Shown here piece by piece: positions 22,902 through 34,700 of a DNA stretch of 64,000 nucleotides. Source of the stretch: Macrostomum lignano (Eukaryota); NCBI GenBank assembly GCA_002269645.1, contig NIVC01001694.1, forward strand, positions 62,001-126,000, in the 5' to 3' direction. Under the pieces are notes generated by a model. The model was not told where the DNA came from. It saw only the letters and a list, made by a program, of their open reading frames with translations, and made no database searches. Each line of letters opens with the position of its first letter. Within the stretch, counting starts at the first letter, position 1. Both the position numbers and the translations under genes were made by a program.

Positions 22902-23172
22902 GAAAAGTTTGTCGAATCCGACGCCTCTTGCAGTTTTTTGGGTCTTACACTGATAATTGAAGTTATTATAGAGCCATTGTAATGAAGGTCCTGAAGACCT
23001 AGGACGCACAAAAACATCGTCATTTTAATATACGAGCTATTTCATGTGGTTTGAAATTTGTCTGATACTGACGGCTGGACGCAGTAGTCCCGCATCGTCT
23101 TGCTGGACGGTGTCGATCGTTGTAATCGCGGAAGTCAGCAACTTTGTTGAAAACACCAGGCTGACTCGTTGG
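22902..23172 (+). repeat. Diverged duplicate of intergenic segment 18537-18841, with a 34-bp deletion
   Basis: Alignment by eye from gaaaagtttgtcgaatccgac to ccaggctgactcgttgg. Confidence 0.9.
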
Positions 23173-23267
23173 CGTGCCCCTGCCTCTTGGTGGGCTTCCC
23201 TGTCTCTTGGTGGGCGCCCCTGTCTCTTGGTGGGCGCCCCTGTCTCTTCGTTGGCACCCCTGTCTCT
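23173..23267 (+). repeat. 20-bp minisatellite, tract 4 (~5 copies)
   Basis: Same unit, joining the duplicated intergenic segment to a CYP exon-2 fragment. Confidence 0.93.
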
Positions 23268-23511
23268 TCACCCCGGTCAGTACAAGGCGTCAGAGCATTT
23301 GAATCAATTCGGAGTCGGCAAGCGCTCGTGTCTCGGAGAGGTTCTGGCTCGCATGGAGGTGTTCTTGTTCTTCGTGACCTTCATGCAGCACTTTCGATTC
23401 GAAGCGGACTCGTGGACTGCGGAGCAGCGGGAGCAGATCCTGCTGGGCACTGAGGGCGTCGTCCGTGCGACCATTGAGCACCAGCTGAAGGTGGCGAGCC
23501 GCAACAAATAG
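23268..23511 (+). pseudogene. CYP fragment (3' part of exon 2 only)
   Basis: GQYKASEHLNQFGVGKRSCLGEVLARMEVF..KVASRNK*. All upstream coding sequence is absent. Confidence 0.92.
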
Positions 23512-24979
23512 CGGTTCACAGTGTCACAAACTAATTTCATAGACGAAGGTTTTTGACGACTCGAGCTTTAAAAAGGAAAGACGCTGTACTTCCCATATTT
23601 AATTGTTTACTCACATCACAATTTTGGCCTATTATGTTTGGGCTGGTACCTTTCTTACCCTTCTCGTGAAATCGTCTGATAGCGCGAAGAAGTAAATTAT
23701 AAAATATTCATGTCGTAAACCTCTTGCTGAATAATTTCTAAATCTAAAACTTCGCTCTTAGTTGAATATATCTGTTTTATATTTGTTGTGCGATAATTAA
23801 AATTCTATTATTTGACTTATTAAATATTTAATAAGCTTTGGCATGCGGTGTCAACAATAAAAATTACACGTCAAAGTATGCATCATGTTTAACAGCTAAT
23901 AATCAAAGGTTTATCAAGCTATCATTTACAACGAAAATATATGCGAGCTAGTTCTGTCACCACGATTATCCGTATATGATTCCGTAAGGGGTAGAAGAGT
24001 CACGAGGATGCATTATCCATACATCCTGATTTCAAACCGGTTGATGAACGTCACACTTGGTTTTGATGTCTTTTTCTGAACTGTTATTTTCTGCTTTCCA
24101 GTAATGGAAAAACTGTAACAGTGCCCTAGCTTGTGCCGCCGACTTTTGACATCAAATAACTGTGAGCAGACATAATCAAAACACAGAGAGGAGCAGGAGC
24201 AAGAAGCCTGTCTTCTTTCCAGTACATTCTATAACGAGCAAAACGTACTTCAAGCAGAGGGAAGAGAGGGAAAGGTCAACTGAGTGCAGCGTTTGACAGA
24301 ATTATTGTTTTAAATCACGCGCAGACTGCATGACTGACTGACTGAGCATCTTCCGCTCTTGCAAATCTCTTTCTATGAATATTTTTAGAACATTAAAAAA
24401 TCGGGGGTGAAGTTTTTGATCACGAATAACGCGCGTGTCGGCTGCTCAAGTTTTTTTCGGACTTTTCTTACACTGTTATTTGAATTCAGGTCATATTAGG
24501 ACAGCTAATGTTATACGAGCCGTAATCGTCAATGACGCTGCTTCACTTCCCTAAGTAGGGGATTGCTCGTAGCTGTTGCTGGGTATATTATTCTCCTAGA
24601 AATGATGCAGGTACAACCATCAGTCTAGCTAACAAGCCAGCATCAATAACTCTGTGTGAGACCCTATTGTAAGCTAATCTGGCTTAGGAAGGATGCTGAC
24701 AAATCCTTTTAGTCTTTGTCACCTGAGCTGCAGTACCTGCAGGGAACGTTTGGGGTACTTGGAGAAGCAACTGGGACGTGTGGGTTATAAAATAGACGCT
24801 CTCAGTGGGTATCTCCTTTCAAGTGTCTTTTGGTGCGAGGCTTACAGCTTACAGCTCTCTCTACAGCCTACAGATGTTGCAGTTCACCCCAATCTATACA
24901 GTATATAGATTCCGACTCTTGACTCAAATTTATTTATATCTAAATCAAGTTTTCAAGGAGGAATAGACTGCTATTTGAG

Positions 24980-26112
24980 TTCTAAGGACGGTCAGCTGGT
25001 CGATACTCGAGACTTCATCGGCAAGGCCGTGGCCAATGTGGTCAGTCGTTTCATCTTCTCCAACTTTAGCAGCTATGAGGACTCGAACTTCAATGAGTTT
25101 TTAAAAAACCTCGGAGGTGTGACAAATCAAAATGTTGTGGGCTTGATTACGGCATTTTATCGGTTCATGCCAGTCGAAACGGCGCTCGCCTTGTCGCCAA
25201 CAAACAGGAAACAGTTTGATGCCATCACTTGGATCGAAGACCTTAGCCAACAAAAAGTGGAGGAGATCCGCAGCAAGTACAATGTCGACGACGAGCCCAG
25301 CAACTATGTGGAGGCTTATCTGCAAGAGCAGCACAGACGGGGCGTCGACCTGGGAACATTCACCGACTTCCAGCTGGTGAAGACCATCTGGGAGCTGTAC
25401 ATCGCAGGCGTCGACACGACCAGCAACACCCTCGGTTGGAGTCTGATTTACGCGGCGCTGAACCCGGAGCTGCAGGACCGCTGCCACGCTGAGATCATGG
25501 CCAAGATCGGCATGACAAGCCAACCTGAAGGACAAGGAGCTGCACTACTGCCAGGCGTTTTTGGACGAGTCTCAGCGAATTTCTACTCTTGTTCCGATGT
25601 CTGTCGACCACAGAGCTATTGGGGATAGTTGGGGCATGGGATCGTAGACTAAAATTATATTATCTGCTTCTTGAAAAATTACTGAAAGTTAACTGCTAGA
25701 TAAGAAAATGAATTTAAAAATCCCCAACTGTGCACAGGACACGGAGTTCCGCGGCTATAAAATTTCCTCTGGCTCAATAATATTCGTCAACCTGTACGGC
25801 CTCCACCATGACGAGCGATACTTCCCCAACCCGGACAAGTTCGATCCCGACCGCTTCCTCACTCCGGACGGTCAGTACAAGGCGTCGGAGTATTTGAATC
25901 CGTTCGGAATCGGCAAGCGCTCGTGTCTCGGAGAGGTTCTGGCTCGCATGGAGGTGTTCTTGTTCTTCGTGACCTTCATGCAGCACTTCCGATTCGAAGC
26001 GGACTCGTGGACTGCGGAGCAGCGGGAGCAGATCCTGCTGGGCACTGAGGGCGGTATTCACGGAACCATTGAACCTTGAACACCGGCTAAAGGTAACGAG
26101 CCGAGACAACTA
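24980..26112 (+). pseudogene. CYP pseudogene (5'-truncated exon 1 from ~24980 to ~25620; exon 2 from 25738)
   Basis: Starts at SKDGQLVD. Frameshift near 25510, lost splice donor near 25620, and a small duplication causing a premature stop at 26077-26079. Confidence 0.9.
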
Positions 26113-27204
26113 GCGGGACAATTGCGCACAATGTTACACGAGCAGAACCGGAACTGATGCCTGACTTTGGGGTTTTTGAGATTCAGACTTTGCGTGTTGT
26201 CTATCGCTCAAGCCATCTTTATTCTTTAGGCTTTTAACCTAGTATGATTTTTTGTTACTTGGCACGACAAAAGCAACAAAATTATTTTAACTCGATATAT
26301 CAACCTATTGTATATTGGTAATTATATCCATTAACTTTATCCTAATAAAGATAATAGTAAAAAGTACGAAGCATAAAATTTACGAAAGCGATGTGACTCT
26401 TTAGATAGAAATAGGTTTGCTTCCGACCTGAAATCCAGACTGCCCAATCGTCCATGGGATGTGACGCCGAATTACAATGTTAAGTATAGCTTATTCTTTA
26501 GCCTTAACACTTTTCAACGATTCTCACTTTTTCCCGACCCAACCAAGAAGTGTGGGCAATTTCTCTATTTAGTGAAGATTTATAGAAACTTGTTTCGTAG
26601 AAGCATTTGCAAAACTTCTGAAAGCAGTATAACAACAAAACTTGCGTACTTTTGCACAGTTACGAGTCGTATTAATCTACATCACTCATGTTACCCATAA
26701 AAACATCCAAGGTAAAGTAAACCGCAGTCACTAATACTCCAGCACAGGGCAACAAAGTAAATTGATATCGCAAAGTAGTTGGCACCGTGTCTGGCACCAA
26801 TTGTGTCCGGTATTCCCTAATTCAGTGTTCATCAGCTCATTCAGCTTAACTCTCTTCACGCAGAGCATAACCGCGGGAAACCATTGCTCCTTCCATAGTT
26901 TAACTCCTCTGCACATTCTGCACTACACTCCAAAGTATATACTCTACCGTAAATCCAGCAAATCCAGCAATGTAGCTTGTTACGAGCCCTGGACCGCATG
27001 CACCAACCCCTACCCCCAGGGGTTTTCTCTCTAGATTCAGCCTCAATCTTAATAAACGCTCAGCCAATGGTGAATGAGCTACACACAGATTCTCACAAAA
27101 TCTTGCGGCGAGATTCGAGCCTTTCTTTGCGAACCCAACTGTATTACCTGTTCATTAACTCCCCCGAGCTTTAAAGCGTTTGGAAACCAAAACCCTAACT
27201 TCTT

Positions 27205-28092
27205 TGTCAACTGTCAAGGTGAAGGTCGTTGTCTATTGTCAAGGTGAAGGTCGTTGTCTATTGTCAAGGTGAAGGTCGTTGTCAAATGTCAAGGTGAAGG
27301 TCGTTGTTAACTGTCAAGGTGAAGGTCGTTGTCAATTGTCAAGGTGAAGGTCGTTGTCAAATGTCAAGGTGAAGGTCGTTGTCAACTGTCAAGGTGAAGG
27401 TCGTTGTCAATTGTCAAGGTGAAGGTCGTTGTCAAATGTCAAGGTGAAGGTCGTTGTTAACTGTCAAGGTGAAGGTCGTTGTCAAATGTCAAGGTGAAGG
27501 TCGTTGTTAACTGTCAAGGTGAAGGTCGTTGTTAACTGTCAAGGTGAAGGTCGTTGTCAACTGTCAAGGTGAAGGTCGTTGTCTATTGTCAAGGTGAAGG
27601 TCGTTGTCAATTGTCAAGGTGAAGGTCGTTGTTAACTGTCAAGGTGAAGGTCGTTGTTAACTGTCAAGGTGAAGGTCGTTGTCAACTGTCAAGGTGAAGG
27701 TCGTTGTCAACTGTCAAGGTGAAGGTCGTTGTCAACTGTCAAGGTGAAGGTTGTTGTCTATTGTCAAGGTAAAGGTCGTTGTCTATTGTCAAGGTGAAGG
27801 TCGTTGTCTATTGTCAAGGTGAAGGTTGTTGTCTATTGTCAAGGTGAAGGTCATTGTCTATTGTCAAGGTGAAGGTCGTTGTCTATTGTCAAGGTGAAGG
27901 TTGTTGTCTATTGTCAAGGTGAAGGTCATTGTCTATTGTCAAGGTGAAGGTCGTTGTCTATTGTCAAGGTGAAGGTCGTTGTCTATTGTCAAGGTGAAGG
28001 TCGTTGTCTATTGTCAAGGGTGAAGGTCGTTGTCAATTGTTAAGGTGAAGGTCGTTTTCGCTTGTCAAGGTGAAGGTGTTTGTCAACTGTTA
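27205..28092 (+). repeat. 25-bp minisatellite (TGTCAAGGTGAAGGTCGTTGTCWAY), ~35 copies
   Basis: Direct reading: period 25 (27212, 27237, ...). Confidence 0.96.
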
Positions 28093-28960
28093 AATGTAGT
28101 TCTGCCTTTAAATTAAAAGAATGAAATAAAATGATGAAAGCAAGCCTTAATTTAGAATAGTCTTCTAATAATTTAGAATATTCAGGAGAACACAATTGTC
28201 AATTCTCGTAGCACAATCGATACACCAATAAACAAATAGAAAAAACAAAGCGATAACATAAAAAATAACATTTGCAAATGTAAAAAAACCTTTCAGTGTG
28301 ACTTTAATCGACAAAAGAGCAACGGTACTCGTAGAAGATCCGAAAATGATAGACAAACTACTCAAGAAAACGGGCAATATAAATCTGGTGGCAAAATCAT
28401 GGATAGACAAAGTAGGCTAAAAAAGAGAGGACTAGACAGCAGAACAGATCGGGCGGAGCTCGCCTTAGCGAGACAAAAAACACAAAAAATGTCGAAGGTA
28501 GGAAAAAAGTGGCAAGAGGAGAGAAACAGCGAAGGATTGCAACGCTTACAGTATATTATATAACAAAGAAACGCTTAACAACGCGCGCGAGGCAAGAATT
28601 TCGGGATTCCGAATCGTTTGCCAAGCTGACTACTTGTAGTAGGCAAAAAAGAGTGTGCGGAACGCTTTAATTAATTGTTTCAGGAGTGGGAAAACACAAA
28701 ACGCGAGCGCACAGCTAAAACGCAAAAACGTCAAATTATATTTTTTCAAAGCGAGGAAAAAACGGAGAAATTCTCGTGAATTCCGGAGTCTGATTTTTAA
28801 TTATTTTTACTAATAACATTGATTGCTAATTGATTTTTTGGTTAGAAAATAGATAAAGTATGACAAAAACAAGTTTTGCTTTTTTACGAACATTTAAAAC
28901 GACGCATTGATTTGCAATTTACAAATTCGGACTCAAGAAAAATCTTTGTTTCGAATCTTG

Positions 28961-29610
28961 GCTCTGACCAATCGCTAGCGAGTCTCACTTCTGCTCTGAC
29001 CAATCAGAGAGTCGCTAGCGAGTCTCACTTCTGCTCTGACCAATCAGAGAGTCGCAAGCGAGTCTCACTTCTGCTCTGACCAATCAGAGAGTCGCTAGCG
29101 AGTCTCACCTCTGCTCTGACCAATCAGAGAGTCGCTAGCGAGTCTCACCTCTGCTTCTGACCAATCAGAGAGTCGCTAGCGAGTCTCACTTCTGCTCCTG
29201 ACCAATCAGAGAGTCGCTAGCGAGTCTCACCTCTGCTCCTGACCAATCAGAGAGTCGCTAGCGAGTCTCACCTCTGCTTCTGACCAATCAGAGAGTTGCT
29301 AGCGAGTCTCACTTCTGCTCCTGACCAATCAGAGAGTCGCTAGCGAGTCTCACTTCTGCTCCTGACCAATCAGAGAGTCGCTAGCGAGTCTCACCTCTGC
29401 TCTGACCAATCAGAGAGTCGCTAGCGAGTCTCACCTCTGCTCTGACCAATCAGAGAGTAGCTAGCGAGTCTCAACTCTGCTCTGACCAATCAGAGAGTCG
29501 CTAGCGAGTCTCACTTCTGCTCTAACCAATCAGAGAGTCGCTAGCGAGTCTCACCTCTGCTCTGACCAATCAGAGAGTCGCTAGCGAGTCTCACCTCTGC
29601 TCTGACCAAC
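28961..29610 (+). repeat. 40-41-bp minisatellite (TCTGCTCTGACCAATCAGAGAGTCGCTAGCGAGTCTCACY), ~16 copies
   Basis: Direct reading: CCAAT at 29000, 29040, 29080, 29120 and onward. Confidence 0.96.
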
Positions 29611-29697
29611 ACTAGCACCAATGCTAACTGCTCCAGAGCGAATACTTACAGAACGAATGAATTATGGATAAAAATCAGCTGATTAAAAACCAAAGCC

Positions 29698-30400
29698 TCA
29701 CAGGTCAGTCCGCTCCGGGTGCATGCAGGACGTGTATGACGGCGCCATCGTGGTGGACACCTCATCCATAGCGCTCACGCTGTCCTGCTGGCCAGTGCGC
29801 GGCCTGCCGGCGAATCTTGACGAGCTGCCGGCGCCGCCGCCTCGACGAACGAAAATTGGCCGACGCGAGCCTGGCGAGCTGCCCGCGACTGCAGCGTGGC
29901 CGCCTCCGCCGCCGGCAAAGTTCAACGCCGGCTCGAGTTCTACAGCCGAGCCGCCGTAGCCGCCGGGGTGGCTGCCGCTGCCGCTAGCGCTCACGTTGCC
30001 GCTGATGCAGCCGTTGCCGCACCACTTGCAGCGCTGCTGCTGCTGCTGCTGCTGCTGGTCTCGCTGCCGCTGTCGCCTCAGCTGGTGCGGGTGATACCAC
30101 TGCCGGCTGTCCTGCTGCTCCAGCTCCGGACTGCTCACCGGCCGATGACAGCACCGACGCATGCAAGCGATTCTCTGACGACGAAAGACGCTATCCAAAG
30201 CCAAGGCAAGCAGCACAATCAGGCCGGCTCCCAGCACGGCTACGAATACGTGAGTCTGTGAGATCTCAGCTAGGCTGGTGGCCTCCCCGCCGCCTTTGCT
30301 ACCCGGCTGGACTGTGCTGGTGCTAGCATTTGGCTGCTTGGAGAATCCAGCCAGATGCACCAGCATGATCTGACAGTCTTGGCGATGAGGGTTCTGGAAG
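29698..30400 (-). CDS. Probable terminal exon of a single-pass membrane protein (~233 aa; TM helix plus low-complexity cytoplasmic tail)
   Basis: Acceptor tttgtttccag ending at 30401. Hydrophobic VFVAVLGAGLIVLLALAL followed by RRQR and CMRRCC. Poly-Q and Gly-rich tail, GC-rich codons. Ends PSYTSCMHPERTDL. Upstream exons not identified. Confidence 0.65.
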
Positions 30401-30689
30401 CTGGAAACAAAGCAAACAGGATACATGTGAGGACAGACAACATCAGCTGTATAACATTCTCTAGAGTCATATCTACCTAGAGTTATTAGGTGCGCTGAAA
30501 TTAACCATTGGGTGGCCTGGCTGAGCTTATCTTGCAGTTTAAACTCGATCGGGGGTGCAAACAAAACAAAATTTGGCTTGGATCATGCGGGCGGAAATGG
30601 TACGACAGGCTGGGGGAGCTGAGAGGCAGATTCTCCAGCACTGATGGGGATAAGACTGGGTCTGCTGGCAGGACTGGAATTGCAAAAGG

Positions 30690-30769
30690 CTGTCTGTCTG
30701 TCTGTGTGTCTGTCTGTCTGTCTGTCTTAGTGTCTGTCTGTCTTAGTGTCTGTCTGTCTGTCTGCGTGC

Positions 30770-30803
<34 letters not shown>

Positions 30804-31115
30804 GCGTTAGTGTCTGTCTGTCTGTCTGTCTATCTGCCTTAGTGTCTTTCTGTCGATCTGCATTAGTGTCTGTCTGTCTATCTGCGTTAGTGTCTGTCTG
30901 TCTATCTGCATTAGTGTCTGTCTGTCTATCTGCGTTAGTGTCTGTCTGTCTATCTGCATTAGTGTCTGTCTGTCTATCTGCGTTAGTGTCTGTCTGTCTG
31001 TCTGCCTGTCTGCCTTAGTGTCTGTCTGTCTATCTGCCTTAGTGTCTGTCTGTCTATCTGCATTAGTGTCTGTCTGTCTATCTGCGTTACTGTCTGTCCT
31101 GCCTGTCTGCCTGCC
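30690..31115 (+). repeat. (TCTG)n-derived microsatellite with ttagtg/ctat variants
   Basis: Direct reading. Confidence 0.95.
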
Positions 31116-31725
31116 TAGCAGAGGCAGATACTTAAGCAGTGAGGAACCACATATATCTAAAGCAGAATCAGGAAAAGTATTACCGAAGCAGAAAGCTATC
31201 CAAAACGCAGACTTGTCGCTATGTCAGCAGAGCACAAGAAGCCAGCAGCAGCAAGCAAGATGATGCTCCACACAGCTTCAAAAATATATATATCCTCTTT
31301 CAAAAGAGAAGTATAGACGATTTTGAAAGGCCTAAAGAAGGATTAGGAGCAGGATTCGAGAGTGGCTGCGAGTGTGCGACAGACAGACGCGGGCGGTGAA
31401 CAGGCCGAGATAGGGGAGGAAAGGGGTGAGAGAGGCAGGCCTGACCAGCCAGTTTGTCTGCCTGAGCAGGTTTGAGCAGCAGAGAGCCCTGTCAGAAGCT
31501 GGCCTGGATGTTGTCCCTTTCCCCATTCCTGGCAGCTGGCCTGCAGTTTTGGCAGGCTCAACGGCTCACTGGACGCAGAATTGGCACAGGAATTTTTTCT
31601 CACACTTTCCCCCCGAGATTTCTCTTGCATCCACCAGAGCCGAAGTGCCCGGCAGGATTTTTTATTATAAAAAATTGAACTCGTAAATGAGAGAAACATT
31701 TTAATTCGTTTGAAAATTTAAATTT

Positions 31726-34700
31726 TTGAGCTTGTGAATATTCTAGCTTGTGAGAATTAAATCTTGTGAAGATTCGATCTTGTGAAGATTTGAGCTTGTG
31801 AAGATTTGATCCTGTGAAGATTTGATCTTGTGAAGATTTGAGCTTGTGAAGATTCGATCTTGTGAAGATTTGAGCTTGTGAAGATTTGAGCTTGTGAATA
31901 TTCGATCCTGTGAAGATTTGAGCTTGTGAATATTCGATCCTGTGAAGATTTGAGCTTGTGAAGATTCGATCCTGTAAGATTTGAGCTTGTGAAGATTTGA
32001 TCCTGTGAAGATTTGAGCTTGTTAGGATTTGATCCTGTGAAGATTCGATTCTGTGAAGATTTGAGCTTTTGAAGATTTGATCCTGTGAAGATTCGATTCT
32101 GTAAAGATTTGAGCTTGTGAAGATTCGATCTTGTGAAGATTTGAGCTTGTGAAGATTTGATCCTGTGAAGATTCGATCTTGTGAAGATTTGAGCTTGTGA
32201 AGATTCGATCTTGTGAAGATTTGAGCTTGTGAAGATTTGATTCTGTAAGATTTGAGCTTGTGAAGATTTGATCCTGTGAAGATTTGAGCTTGTTAGGATT
32301 TGATCCTGTGAAGATTCGATTCTGTGAAGATTTGAGCTTTTGAAGATTTGATCCTGTGAAGATTCGATTCTGTAAAGATTTGAGCTTGTGAAGATTCGAT
32401 CTTGTGAAGATTTGAGCTTGTGAAGATTTGATCCTGTGAAGATTCGATCTTGTGAAGATTTGAGCTTGTGAAGATTCGATCTTGTGAAGATTTGAGCTTG
32501 TGAAGATTTGATCCTGTGAAGATTCGATCTTGTGAAGATTTGAGCTTGTGAAGATTTGTTTCTGTAAGATTTGAGCTTGTGAAGATTTGATCCTGTGAAG
32601 ATTTGAGCTTGTTAGGATTTGATCCTGTGAAGATTCGATTCTGTGAAGATTTGAGCTTTTGAAGATTTGATCCTGTGAAGATTCGATTCTGTAAAGATTT
32701 GAGCTTGTGAAGATTCGATCTTGTGAAGATTTGAGCTTGTGAAGATTTGATTCTGTAAGATTTGAGCTTGTGAAGATTTGATCCTGTGAAGATTTGAGCT
32801 TGTTAGGATTTGATCCTGTGAAGATTCGATTCTGTGAAGATTTGAGCTTTTGAAGATTTGATCCTGTGAAGATTCGATTCTGTAAAGATTTGAGCTTGTG
32901 AAGATTTGATCTTGTGAAGATTTGAGCTTGTGAAGATTTGATCCTGTGAAGATTCGATTCTGTGAAGATTTGAGCTTGTGAGTATTCGATCCTGTGAAGA
33001 TTTGAGCTTGTTAGGATTTGATCCTGTGAAGATTCGATTCTGTGAAGATTTGAGCTTTTGAAGATTTGATCCTGTGAAGATTCGATTCTGTAAAGATTTG
33101 AGCTTGTGAAGATTCGATCTTGTGAAGATTTGAGCTTGTGAAGATTCGATCCTGTAAGATTTGAGCTTGTGAAGATTTGATCCTGTGAAGATTTGAGCTT
33201 GTTAGGATTTGATCCTGTGAAGATTCGATTCTGTGAAGATTTGAGCTTTTGAAGATTTGATCCTGTGAAGATTCGATTCTGTAAAGATTTCAGCTTTTGA
33301 AGATTTGATCTTGTGAAGATTTGAGCTTGTGAAGATTTGATCCTGTGAAGATTCGATTCTGTGAAGATTTGAGCTTGTGAATATTCGATCCTGTGAAGAT
33401 TTGAGCTTGTGAAGATTCGATCCTGTGAAGATTTGAGCTTGTGAAGATTTGATCCTGTGAAGATTTGAGCTTGTTAGGATTTGATCCTGTGAAGATTCGA
33501 TTCTGTGAAGATTTGAGCTTTTGAAGATTTGATCCTGTGAAGATTCGATTCTGTAAAGATTTGAGCTTGTGAAGATTCGATCTTGTGAAGATTTGAGCTT
33601 GTGAAGATTTGATCCTGTGAAGATTCGATCTTGTGAAGATTTGAGCTTGTGAAGATTCGATCTTGTGAAGATTTGAGCTTGTGAAGATTTGATCCTGTGA
33701 AGATTCGATCTTGTGAAGATTTGAGCTTGTGAAGATTTGTTTCTGTAAGATTTGAGCTTGTGAAGATTTGATCCTGTGAAGATTTGAGCTTGTTAGGATT
33801 TGATCCTGTGAAGATTCGATTCTGTGAAGATTTGAGCTTTTGAAGATTTGATCCTGGAAGATTCGATTCTGTAAAGATTTGAGCTTGTGAAGATTCGATC
33901 TTGTGAAGATTTGAGCTTGTGAAGATTTGATTCTGTAAGATTTGAGCTTGTGAAGATTTGATCCTGTGAAGATTTGAGCTTGTTAGGATTTGATCCTGTG
34001 AAGATTCGATTCTGTGAAGATTTGAGCTTTTGAAGATTTGATCCTGTGAAGATTCGATTCTGTAAAGATTTGAGCTTGTGAAGATTTGATCTTGTGAAGA
34101 TTTGAGCTTGTGAAGATTTGATCCTGTGAAGATTCGATTCTGTGAAGATTTGAGCTTGTGAGTATTCGATCCTGTGAAGATTTGAGCTTGTTAGGATTTG
34201 ATCCTGTGAAGATTCGATTCTGTGATGATTTGAGCTTTTGAAGATTTGATCCTGTGAAGATTCGATTCTGTAAAGATTTGAGCTTGTGAAGATTCGATCC
34301 TGTAAGATTTGAGCTTGTGAAGATTTGATCCTGTGAAGATTTGAGCTTGTTAGGATTTGATCCTGTGAAGATTCGATTCTGTGAAGATTTGAGCTTTTGA
34401 AGATTTGATCCTGTGAAGATTCGATTCTGTAAAGATTTCAGCTTTTGAAGATTTGATCTTGTGAAGATTTGAGCTTGTGAAGATTTGATCCTGTGAAGAT
34501 TCGATTCTGTGAAGATTTGAGCTTGTGAATATTCGATCCTGTGAAGATTTGAGCTTGTGAATATTCGATCCTGTGAAGATTTGAGCTTGTGAAGATTCGA
34601 TCCTGTAAGATTTGAGCTTGTGAAGATTTGATCCTGTGAAGATTTGAGCTTGTTAGGATTTGATCCTGTGAAGATTCGATTCTGTGAAGATTTGAGCTTT

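Noticed and set aside
23044-23267. N-terminal part of ORF 23044..23511 as a novel CYP fusion
   Set aside because: It starts at a non-ATG codon and is composed of intergenic duplicate and satellite sequence.
28961-29610. CRISPR-like palindromic repeats
   Set aside because: Units are contiguous with no unique spacers, there are no cas genes, and the context is eukaryotic.
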